From NCBI GenBank assembly GCA_965220205.1, contig OZ244812.1, positions 2,089,678 to 2,153,677 on the forward strand: a stretch of DNA of 64,000 bases, in the 5' to 3' direction. The notes below the pieces were generated by a model. It searched no databases, was not told the DNA's origin, and saw only the letters and a program-made list of their open reading frames with translations. The stretch's first letter is position 1; the number at the start of each line of letters is the position of its first letter. The translations under genes and the position numbers were made by a program. Origin of the DNA: Dehalococcoidia bacterium. GTDB taxonomy: Bacteria > Chloroflexota > Dehalococcoidia > Lucifugimonadales > Australimonadaceae. Positions 56,532-64,000 of this stretch are shown in pieces.

Positions 56532-57455
56532 ATGGCTAACGAGTCGCAGTACGACGTCGTGATCGTCGGCGGGGGCGCCGCGGGCTTGGCCGCCTCGATC
56601 TACTCCGTCCGCGCGATGCTGAAGACGCTGGTCATCGAGCGGCAGGCGGTTGGCGGCCAGATTCTCTACACGGGCGAGATCGAGAACTACCCCGGGTTCC
56701 CCGAGCCCATCTCCGGACCGGACCTCGCGACGCTCTACGAGAAGCAGGCGGCCCGCTTCGGCGTCGAGTTCGAGTACGACACCGTGACCGCCCTCGACGT
56801 AGCGGGGCCCGTCAAGCGGGCGATCGGCGAGCTCGGCGAGTACACCGCGAAGAGCGTCATCATCACCTCCGGCGGCGAGCACAACAAACTCGGCGTCCCC
56901 GGCGAGGAGGCGTACTCAGGCAGGGGCGTCTCCTACTGCGCGACGTGCGACGGCAACTTCTTCCGCGACATGGACGTCACCGTGGTCGGCGGCGGCGACG
57001 CCGCGCTCGACGAGGGGCTCTATCTCACCCGCATGACGAAGAACGTGACGGTGGTGCACCGCCGCGATGAGCTGCGGGCGAGCAAGATTCTCCAGCAGCG
57101 GGGGTTCGACAACCCCAAGATGCAGTTCGTCTGGGACACGGTCGTCGAGGAGATCCGGGGCAACGGCGCCGTGAACGGCGTGGTCCTCAAGAATCTGAAG
57201 ACAGGGAAAGTCTCCGAGCGCGAGACCGAGGGCGTGTTCATCTACATCGGGTTCCACCCGATCAACGACTTCATGCGCGGCGTCGTGGACCTCGACAACG
57301 CGGGGCACGTCGTCACGGACCTGCAGATGCAGACCAGCGTCCCCGGCGTATTCGCCGCGGGCGACGTCAGGACGTTCTCGGACCGCCAACTCGCCAACGC
57401 CGTCGGCGACGGCGTCAGCGCAGCCCTCTCCGCCTACCGCTACATCGAAGGCTAG
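56532..57455 (+). CDS. trxB: thioredoxin-disulfide reductase
   Basis: VIVGGGAAGLAAS FAD motif, redox-active CATCDG, GGGDAALDEG NADPH motif. Confidence 0.95.
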   Translation: MANESQYDVVIVGGGAAGLAASIYSVRAMLKTLVIERQAVGGQILYTGEIENYPGFPEPISGPDLATLYEKQAARFGVEFEYDTVTALDVAGPVKRAIGELGEYTAKSVIITSGGEHNKLGVPGEEAYSGRGVSYCATCDGNFFRDMDVTVVGGGDAALDEGLYLTRMTKNVTVVHRRDELRASKILQQRGFDNPKMQFVWDTVVEEIRGNGAVNGVVLKNLKTGKVSERETEGVFIYIGFHPINDFMRGVVDLDNAGHVVTDLQMQTSVPGVFAAGDVRTFSDRQLANAVGDGVSAALSAYRYIEG

Positions 57456-58498
57456 TGGACGGCGTCGAGCCAGCCCTTCTCGCGCAGCACGCGCAGCGCC
57501 AGGCCTATCTGGCGCTCCGAGAACTGCTGCTTCTGTGGGTCCCATGCGTACACGCGCTCGATAAGCTCATCCTCAGTCGCGGATGGATGCTCGGCGGCGG
57601 CCCAGTGGACCGTCGCCAGCAGCTCGAGGCCGAAGGTTGACTCGAACCCCGTCGCTAGGTCCGCCACCCTGTCCATACGCTTCTTGGTCGCGGTGTGACT
57701 TTCGAGGAACGCCGTTGCGTCCTCCACGGCGCCGGGGACCAGTTCGAGTTCCTTGCCGGGAGCGTCGCCCCCGTCGGCGTAGCCGGAGATGAGATGACCC
57801 TCGATGTCCTTCAGTACATGCCGCAGGTTCTCGGCGTATGGGCCGTGGGGCGCCTTTGTGTACTTCAATCGAAGAGGCTCGCCCGCCAGCTGCATGAAGT
57901 ACATGAGCTTGTGGACTTCCAGCAGCGTCACGAACGGATCGAGCAGCGCGCGAATGTAGCGGTCCATCAGGCAGACGAGCGCCGCCCGCCCGGCCGTCAT
58001 CTTCGGCACATCGGTGGAACGGTTGGGACGTCCGTCGCTAGCCGCGCTGCCGGGGCTGAAGATCACAGCCTCGACGTCCTCGATCTCGCTCAGCGCGGCT
58101 TCGATTCTCGGGGCCACTTCGCGCCACGACAGGCCGCCGAGATCGCTCGCCAAGGGCGGAATCGCGATCGAGCGGATGTGACGCGCCCTGATCTCCTGGG
58201 CAAGCGTGCGCAAGCCGGAGTCGATGTCTTCCATGCGGCTCTTGCCGCGCCAGTGGCGCTTGGTCGGGAAGTTGATGATGTAGCGCGGGTTGGTGAGCTT
58301 GCCGGTCTCGAACACGAACATCTTGCCGGGCTCGACCTCCTTCCGCTTGCAAGCCGCCGCGTAGGCCTCGAAGTTATCGGGGTAGACGTTCTTGAACTGT
58401 AGCGCGATGCCGCGCCCCATGACGCCCACGCAGTTGACGCTGTTGACCAGAGCTTCGACGTCCTCATGGAATATGTCGCCGGTCTTGTACTCGAACAT
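57452..58498 (-). CDS. darG: DarG antitoxin (N-terminal macrodomain plus C-terminal DarT-binding domain)
   Basis: Macrodomain NSVNCVGVMGRGIALQF...FPTKRHWRG. 348 aa. Immediately downstream of the DarT-like ORFs. Confidence 0.88.
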   Translation of the reverse strand: MFEYKTGDIFHEDVEALVNSVNCVGVMGRGIALQFKNVYPDNFEAYAAACKRKEVEPGKMFVFETGKLTNPRYIINFPTKRHWRGKSRMEDIDSGLRTLAQEIRARHIRSIAIPPLASDLGGLSWREVAPRIEAALSEIEDVEAVIFSPGSAASDGRPNRSTDVPKMTAGRAALVCLMDRYIRALLDPFVTLLEVHKLMYFMQLAGEPLRLKYTKAPHGPYAENLRHVLKDIEGHLISGYADGGDAPGKELELVPGAVEDATAFLESHTATKKRMDRVADLATGFESTFGLELLATVHWAAAEHPSATEDELIERVYAWDPQKQQFSERQIGLALRVLREKGWLDAVH

Positions 58499-58520
58499 AG
58501 CCTCTTTGTCCTTTCCCGCG

Positions 58521-59168
58521 TCAGTAGTACCAGCCGCGTATGATTTGGACAGGTGGACAGTGGGCGGCTCTCTGCATCGCCATCGCCGCCAGCGCTTGGT
58601 TGCCGATGTCAGGAGACAGGACGCCGATACGGGATACCAACTGCCAGGGGAACGACTGCTCCACGAGGAACTCCGCCTGCTTGCGTTCCTTCACAGACGA
58701 CCACTGATGAGCTTGGACCGCGTCCCAATCGATCTGGTCGAGTTGTCCAATATCCGAGTAGTCCTCAGCGTAGGCAGCGGCCGCATTGGAGGTGGTGAAG
58801 GCCCAGCGCCGCCCGTTGGCATCCGCCCAGGCGACCACCTAGCGCAGGTCTGCCTCCAGGTGAACGATCGGCCCCTGGCCTCCTCGATATGCTAGTTCGG
58901 AGTGGTTCTTCATGTAGATTACGTAGAGCATCACGGACCTAGGGCAGAAGTAGAAGGGCACGCACCCCCCGACGGCTAGGCCTGAGTGGCTGGTGAGGGC
59001 GTGTGTTTGCCTCCCCGCCTTGATGCCGGGTATCCCGATGGTAGTGACAGGCTTGTTGTGCCTAGCCATCGCTGCGTCGCACAAGAGCGCACTGTCCGAA
59101 ATGATCGATTGCAGATTGTCTACATGGACGATGTGGTACACCTTTGGGTGTTGTGGCGGTGGCGTCAT
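58521..59168 (-). pseudogene. darT: DarT (DUF4433) ssDNA thymidine ADP-ribosyltransferase toxin, interrupted by one in-frame TAG
   Basis: ORFs 58839..59168 and 58521..58838 share one frame: ...GPIVHLEADLR-[TAG 58841..58839]-VVAWADANGRRWAFT... DarT motifs YHIVHVDNL, VPFYFCPRS, KQAEFLV and RGWYY are all present across the two halves. Confidence 0.85.
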
Positions 59169-59255
59169 CGGAGCGTAGCATAGAACGGCATCGGCCCTCT
59201 GTCACCGGTCCCGCGCCGCCGAGCTGGCCCCGCGGCCGATGGCCGCGCAACAGAG

Positions 59256-59282
59256 AAGGCCCCTCTCGTCGAGAGGGGCCTT
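59256..59282. terminator. 12-bp perfect hairpin downstream of the iscA-like gene
   Basis: AAGGCCCCTCTC-GTC-GAGAGGGGCCTT. Weak T-tract on either strand. Confidence 0.5.
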
Positions 59283-59306
59283 CCGTTTCAGCCTATCGGA
59301 AGGAGG

Positions 59307-59645
59307 CTAGTGGCCGCCGCAGCCGCAGTCGCCGCCGCACGCGCACCCGCCGCCGCTCATGGCGATGTTCGGGTTCGTGATGACGAATCCGCTCCGCATG
59401 AGCCCCTCGGAGTAGTCGATCTCGGCGCCGTCCAGGAGCGGGGCGCTGTCCAGGTCGGTGATGACGCGGATGTTGGCGTCGTGGATGACCAAGTCGTCCT
59501 TGCTTGCCTCGTCTTCGAGCGCCAGCATGTACTGGGCCCCGTTGCCCTGTGGGACCACGATCACGCGCAGCGCGGCTTCCGGCTGCCCCTCCTCGTCCAG
59601 GATCTCCTTCAGCTTGCCAGCAGCGGTGTCAGTGACCGTGATCAT
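59307..59645 (-). CDS. HesB/IscA-family iron-sulfur cluster insertion protein
   Basis: MITVTDTAAGKLKEIL...GFVITNPN with Cys-rich tail GGGCACGGDCGCGGH. Confidence 0.8.
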   Translation of the reverse strand: MITVTDTAAGKLKEILDEEGQPEAALRVIVVPQGNGAQYMLALEDEASKDDLVIHDANIRVITDLDSAPLLDGAEIDYSEGLMRSGFVITNPNIAMSGGGCACGGDCGCGGH

Positions 59646-59891
59646 GGGGTCTCCTTTGCGACGCGGGTTCCAAGAGCCGCACGGAGGAGCGTACCGTACG
59701 GCGGGAGGCCAGTCAAGCAGAACCGGGCGCGCCGCCGGCTCCCTCGCGGGCGTCCGCGCCGTCACGGAATCGGGCGAAGCCCCGATTGCGGCGGTGGCTC
59801 CCGCATTCCCAAATCAAAATTTGTTCTGGTACACTGTGACTGTGCCGGCGCGTGCCGGTGCTGTGAACACTCGTGGGAGGTCTCTCTCGGA

Positions 59892-60131
59892 ATGACCTAT
59901 ATAATCGTTGAGCCCTGCGTCGACCTCAAGGATGCGTCATGCGTCGACGTATGCCCCGTGGACTGCATCTACGAGGGCGAGCGCATGTACTACATCAACC
60001 CGGAAGAGTGTATCGACTGCGCCGCGTGTGAGCCCGTGTGTCCGGTGGCCGCAATCTTCGCCGAGGACGCGGTGCCCGCGGACCAGCAGGAGTACATCGC
60101 GATAAACCGCGATTTCCCCTATCCGAGCTGA
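59892..60131 (+). CDS. 7Fe-type ferredoxin
   Basis: CVDVCPVDCI and CIDCAACEPVCP cluster motifs. 79 aa. Confidence 0.9.
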   Translation: MTYIIVEPCVDLKDASCVDVCPVDCIYEGERMYYINPEECIDCAACEPVCPVAAIFAEDAVPADQQEYIAINRDFPYPS

Positions 60132-60209
60132 CCGCCCACGCGGGCCGACGCAAGAACAGCCAGCCGGCCATCATGAGCCGGCTGGTTTTGCGTCGCCCGC
60201 CTCAGGCGG

Positions 60210-60905
60210 CTAGCCGCCCAGGCTGTCCAGCACTTCCTCGATGGAGCCGCGCAGGCAGGTGAAGATCGGCACGTCCCGCTCCGTGTACGGACGTTGCTCC
60301 GCGCCGCGCAGTTCGATGACCAGCTCGAGGAACCGCTCGGGACTGTCCGTCTCGAACCCCAGCACGAACTCTTGATCGTCCAGGCCGTACGAGTAACTGG
60401 TGTGAATCTTCACTTCCGGGTAGCGGTGACCGACCTTGAAGTGCTCGGTCATCATCCGCTGCCGTTCTTCCGCGGGGAGCTGATGCCAAGCGTGAGTCTT
60501 CACGAACGGGTAGACGAAGAGGTAGGGCTTGTCCATCGGCCGGATGCGAAGGCGGCTCTCCGGCTCTCCGTGCTCGTGCGCGCCGACGTACGTCGAATGG
60601 CGGGTCATCGCAAGGTAGGAGTACGGCGTAGCGAGGTACGTTCCCAGGCGTGTCTGCGCGATGGCGGTCGCGAGCGCGCGGACGCCCTCGAGGCCGGGGC
60701 TGACCAGCCAGATGAGCATATCGGCGTCGCCGCGCATGCCCATGGTCGTATAGGCGCGGACCATCAGGCCGGGGCTCGCATCCTCGAGCACCCCAGCGAG
60801 CTCGCGCTTGTCCTCCGCGCGGTCCTCGACCGGGCGCCGCCGCCATACGGGATCGAGCTTGTAAAAGGTGTACTTGACGATCTGAGGAGCTGGCGTTGTC
60901 GCCAC
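60210..60905 (-). CDS. hemQ: chlorite-dismutase-family protein, probable coproheme decarboxylase
   Basis: 231 aa. YTFYKLDP... and the C-terminal FETDSPERF pattern typical of HemQ/ChdC. Confidence 0.8.
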   Translation of the reverse strand: MATTPAPQIVKYTFYKLDPVWRRRPVEDRAEDKRELAGVLEDASPGLMVRAYTTMGMRGDADMLIWLVSPGLEGVRALATAIAQTRLGTYLATPYSYLAMTRHSTYVGAHEHGEPESRLRIRPMDKPYLFVYPFVKTHAWHQLPAEERQRMMTEHFKVGHRYPEVKIHTSYSYGLDDQEFVLGFETDSPERFLELVIELRGAEQRPYTERDVPIFTCLRGSIEEVLDSLGG

Positions 60906-60941
60906 GGGAGTGCCTCCGGTCGAGATCGGGGCGTCCTGATT

Positions 60942-61268
60942 CTACAGAGTGGACTGCGGCCGGCTGGGCCCGGGGCGCAACGCCAGCGCAGACGCAGCAA
61001 GAAACAGAATCGCGCCTCCTGCGTAGTACCAAGTGATGAGGACCAGCCCAAGAGCCGATGACGCCAGCATGACCGCCGCGCCGACAGCCAGCCGGGTCCG
61101 GGCCGTCAGCGCGCCCGCGAGCCCCGCGATGGAGGCAAAGACCGCGCCGACCCCTCGCATGGCGACCTCGCCCGCGTCGTCGCTGCCGGCGAGCGTCCCT
61201 GTTCCGGCCACCAGCATGGCGACGACCGACCCGGAGACCGCCATCACGGCCCCGAACACGCCGACCAT
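60942..61268 (-). CDS. small membrane protein
   Basis: Three or four hydrophobic helices. The upstream part of ORF 60942..61748 is Arg-rich artefact. Start uncertain. Confidence 0.4.
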   Translation of the reverse strand: MVGVFGAVMAVSGSVVAMLVAGTGTLAGSDDAGEVAMRGVGAVFASIAGLAGALTARTRLAVGAAVMLASSALGLVLITWYYAGGAILFLAASALALRPGPSRPQSTL

Positions 61269-61391
61269 CGCCACGAGCTTGCCCACGTCTCCCGCCCCTG
61301 CGACCGGGCGTAGTTTATCATGGGGTCGAGACGAGACGCCTCTACGACGACAAAAGGGGCCGGGGCCGGGACGTTTCGGCGCTGCGGAGGG

Positions 61392-61967
61392 ATGATGCCG
61401 AGACAGTTCGCGTTGCTGGGATTGCTCGTGTTCGGACTGCTCGCGCCGGCAGCGTGCGGCGGCGAGGTCGTCGAGCCTGCGCCCACTGACGAAGCCCCCA
61501 CGAGCGCCCCCGGGGTGAACCTCGAGGTGCCGGACCTGATGATCTCGGCGTATCAGGGCACGGCCGCGCTCGGCGGCGAGGAGGTCACCCTTTCGAGCGT
61601 TCTGGCGCAGGGCAAGCCCGTCGTGCTCAACTTCTGGGCGGCTCTCTGTCCGCCCTGCCGGGCCGAGATGCCCGACTTCCAGCGGGTCTACGACAGCCGC
61701 AGCCACGAGGTCACGATCATCGGCGTCGACATCGGCCCGCAGCAGCAACAGGGCACCCGCGACGGAGGGCGCGAACTGCTCGCGGACCTCGGCATCAGCT
61801 ACCCCGCCGGGACGACCTTCGACGAGCGCGTCGTGCGCGACTTCCGGATCGTCGGCATGCCGACGACCTTCTTCATCTTCCCGGACGGGCGGCTCCTCCG
61901 TTCGTGGGCCGGACTAATGAACGAGGAGAAGGTCAACGAGTTCATCGACGAGCTCGTCTTGGGTTAG
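61392..61967 (+). CDS. TlpA/ResA-family thiol:disulfide oxidoreductase lipoprotein
   Basis: Lipobox LAPAAC. Redox motif NFWAALCPPC. Confidence 0.85.
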   Translation: MMPRQFALLGLLVFGLLAPAACGGEVVEPAPTDEAPTSAPGVNLEVPDLMISAYQGTAALGGEEVTLSSVLAQGKPVVLNFWAALCPPCRAEMPDFQRVYDSRSHEVTIIGVDIGPQQQQGTRDGGRELLADLGISYPAGTTFDERVVRDFRIVGMPTTFFIFPDGRLLRSWAGLMNEEKVNEFIDELVLG

Positions 61968-62122
61968 CCGGGCTTCCGCGGCTCGCCCATCAGTCTCGCC
62001 AACTGGCGCGTTGACATCGCCTGCCCTTGCGTATAGAACGCGGGGCGCTGGCTGCCCCGCCGTGCGCGATGCGCAGGCGGACGCCGGTCCGGAGACCGGT
62101 CCGGAGAAGGGATGTAACTCGC

Positions 62123-63901
62123 ATGGCGCTATCCGAGGGCGTCGAAGGCCGCAGGCTCGTCTCCATGCCGGTGGAGGACGGCGCCGAGGCCTTCGTCGAG
62201 ATGCTCAACAGCAACGGCGTCGAGTACCTCTTCCTGAACTCAGGCACCGACACCTTTCCGGTCCTCGAGGCCCTGGAGCGCATGATGGCCCAGGAGCGGA
62301 CGGTCCCCCGGATCATCCTGTGCATCGACGAAACGACGGCGATGTTCGCTGCTCACGGGTACTACCAGCTGACGGGCAGAGCGCAGGCTGTGCTCGTCCA
62401 CGTGGACGCTGGCACCATCAACATCGGCGGGGCCTACCACGACGCTCAGCGCGACCACGCGGCTATCGTCGTGTGCGCAGGCCGTGCTCCCTCCACGTTT
62501 GGCGGCGTCGTCGCCGGCGCGAGGGACATGAACATCCACTGGACCCAGGAGCAGCGGGACCAGGCCGGGATCGTGCGCACGTTCACCAAGTGGGACTATG
62601 AGCTGCGCAACCTCGACAGCATCAACTGGGTCGTGCAGAAGGCGTTCCAAGTCGCCGCGGCCGAGCCCGCCGGCCCGGTCTACCTGACGCTGCCCCGCGA
62701 GCTCCTGCTCGAGCGGATGACCGAGCTGGGCGTGCCGCCGTCGCAGCGCCATGGACGCCCCGCCGGCCCCGCGGCGGACCGCGAAGCGCTCAGGACGCTC
62801 GCCGGCTGGCTTGCCGAGGCCGAGCGTCCGCTGATCGTTGCAGGCGCGTCGGGACGCTATACCGAGACAGTGTCCGTCCTGGCGGAGCTGGCCGAGCTCG
62901 CCGGAGCGCCCGTCGTGGGGGCCATCGGCTCTCGCCTCAATATGCCGACGCACAATGCGTTGAACGCGGCGACCTGCGGCGCGCCCTCCGTGGCCGAGGC
63001 CGACCTCATCGTCGTCGTCGACTGCGACGTTCCGTGGATACCGGACCAGGAGACGCTCGAGCCCAGCGCCCGCGTCGCATGGATCGACATCGACCCTACG
63101 AAGGACACAATCCCGCTGTGGGCGTACCCGGCAGACCTGTTGGTCCATGCGTCGTCGCGCACTGCGCTGCCCGAGCTGCGGGACGCGCTGCGCGAGCGGC
63201 TCACGCCGGAGGACCGGGGGCGCGTCGCCGTCCGCTGCGAGGAGTACGCAGCCAACAGCCGGCTCGAGCGCGAGCGGCTCGCTGCGCGAGCGCTAAGCGT
63301 CAAGAACGAGCGTCCCATCCATCCGTTGTGGGTCGCGTACTGCCTCGATCAGGTGCTCGAGCGCGACGCCATCGTGATGAACGAGGGCATGACGGGCAGT
63401 TGGCCCTGGATGAACATCACGGACCGGAGCGAGCCGGGGACCGTGTTCACGTCCGGCGGCTCGAGCCTCGGCTGGGCGCTGGGCGCCGCCGTCGGCGCGA
63501 AGCTCGCCAACCCCGGACGAGACGTCGTCGCATTGGAGGGCGACGGGTCGTTCGTGTTCGCGCGCCCGACCTCCGCGTTGTGGGCGGCGGAGAAGCACCG
63601 CACGCCGTTCCTGACGGTGATCTACAACAACTCGCGGCACCAAGCGACCGTCAACAGCTGGAACAAACACATCCCCGACAACATGGGCAAGCGGCTGAAC
63701 GAGTACGTAGGCGTCGATATCGACCCATCGCCGGACTACGCGGTGCTGGCGCAAGCGTGCCGCGCCTACGGCGAAACGGTGGAAGACCCGGCCGACGTGC
63801 TCCCCGCGCTCGAGAGAGGGCTGGCGCGCGTGCGCGCCGGCCAGGCCGCCGTGCTCGACGTGCGCATCGCACGCATGGACGGACGCGCCGCCGCTGGCTA
63901 G
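62123..63901 (+). CDS. thiamine-pyrophosphate-dependent enzyme (acetolactate synthase / benzoylformate decarboxylase superfamily)
   Basis: N-terminal TPP-Pyr domain GAEAFVEMLNSNGVEYLF and C-terminal LEGDGSFVF...NN Mg-TPP motif. Confidence 0.85.
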   Translation: MALSEGVEGRRLVSMPVEDGAEAFVEMLNSNGVEYLFLNSGTDTFPVLEALERMMAQERTVPRIILCIDETTAMFAAHGYYQLTGRAQAVLVHVDAGTINIGGAYHDAQRDHAAIVVCAGRAPSTFGGVVAGARDMNIHWTQEQRDQAGIVRTFTKWDYELRNLDSINWVVQKAFQVAAAEPAGPVYLTLPRELLLERMTELGVPPSQRHGRPAGPAADREALRTLAGWLAEAERPLIVAGASGRYTETVSVLAELAELAGAPVVGAIGSRLNMPTHNALNAATCGAPSVAEADLIVVVDCDVPWIPDQETLEPSARVAWIDIDPTKDTIPLWAYPADLLVHASSRTALPELRDALRERLTPEDRGRVAVRCEEYAANSRLERERLAARALSVKNERPIHPLWVAYCLDQVLERDAIVMNEGMTGSWPWMNITDRSEPGTVFTSGGSSLGWALGAAVGAKLANPGRDVVALEGDGSFVFARPTSALWAAEKHRTPFLTVIYNNSRHQATVNSWNKHIPDNMGKRLNEYVGVDIDPSPDYAVLAQACRAYGETVEDPADVLPALERGLARVRAGQAAVLDVRIARMDGRAAAG

Positions 63902-63942
63902 CGCCGGACGGCCCTCGATGCCCTGAACGTAGCCGCACTGTC

Positions 63943-63999
63943 CTGTTTCGGAAAACACACTGTTCCACTACATGTGGAACAGGCTATGTTCTGAAACAG
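63943..63999. repeat. nested palindrome at the window edge
   Basis: Inner CTGTTCCAC (63960-63968) / GTGGAACAG (63974-63982). Outer CTGTTTC (63943-63949) / GAAACAG (63993-63999). Confidence 0.6.
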
Positions 64000-64000
64000 C

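Overview
High-GC (roughly two-thirds G+C by eye) bacterial chromosomal segment. Gene content (F420-linked enzymes cofE, LLM and PPOX, a short IF-2, an inositol-phosphate synthase operon, and dense IS5-derived MITEs and REP hairpins) suggests a Chloroflexota/Thermomicrobia-like or related Terrabacteria genome; this is inference only. Housekeeping blocks: recO, ftsH, prfB (programmed +1 frameshift), ino1-GT4-CDP-alcohol phosphatidyltransferase, truB-rbfA-infB-ylxR-nusA, pyrD, proBA, cofE, TPP riboswitch-thiG-thiE-thiS, trxB, hemQ. Accessory or unusual content: (1) a thioredoxin-fold PDO-like gene with an in-frame TGA exactly at the first Cys of its CxxC motif (candidate selenoprotein); (2) a textbook sigma-70 promoter carrying a perfect GAAC-N4-GTTC (LexA-type) box, bracketed by an 18-bp inverted repeat, in front of a terminase-large-subunit-like ORF and a Cys-cluster HTH gene beside tRNA-Pro; (3) a 1.5-kb low-GC islet with a stand-alone RelA/SpoT (toxSAS/CapRel-like) gene; (4) a phage-derived head-only island (XRE, ImmA-like, TerL, portal, prohead protease, HK97-type capsid, connector-like genes) with no tail, lysis, integrase or replication genes, invaded by IS481, IS5, MITEs and an aldo/keto reductase; (5) a DarT-DarG module whose toxin carries a single in-frame amber codon; (6) an IS5-family element and its MITE derivatives that sit on TAG-containing target sites, that is, on gene stop codons. 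Most long ORFs antisense to these genes are high-GC artefacts.
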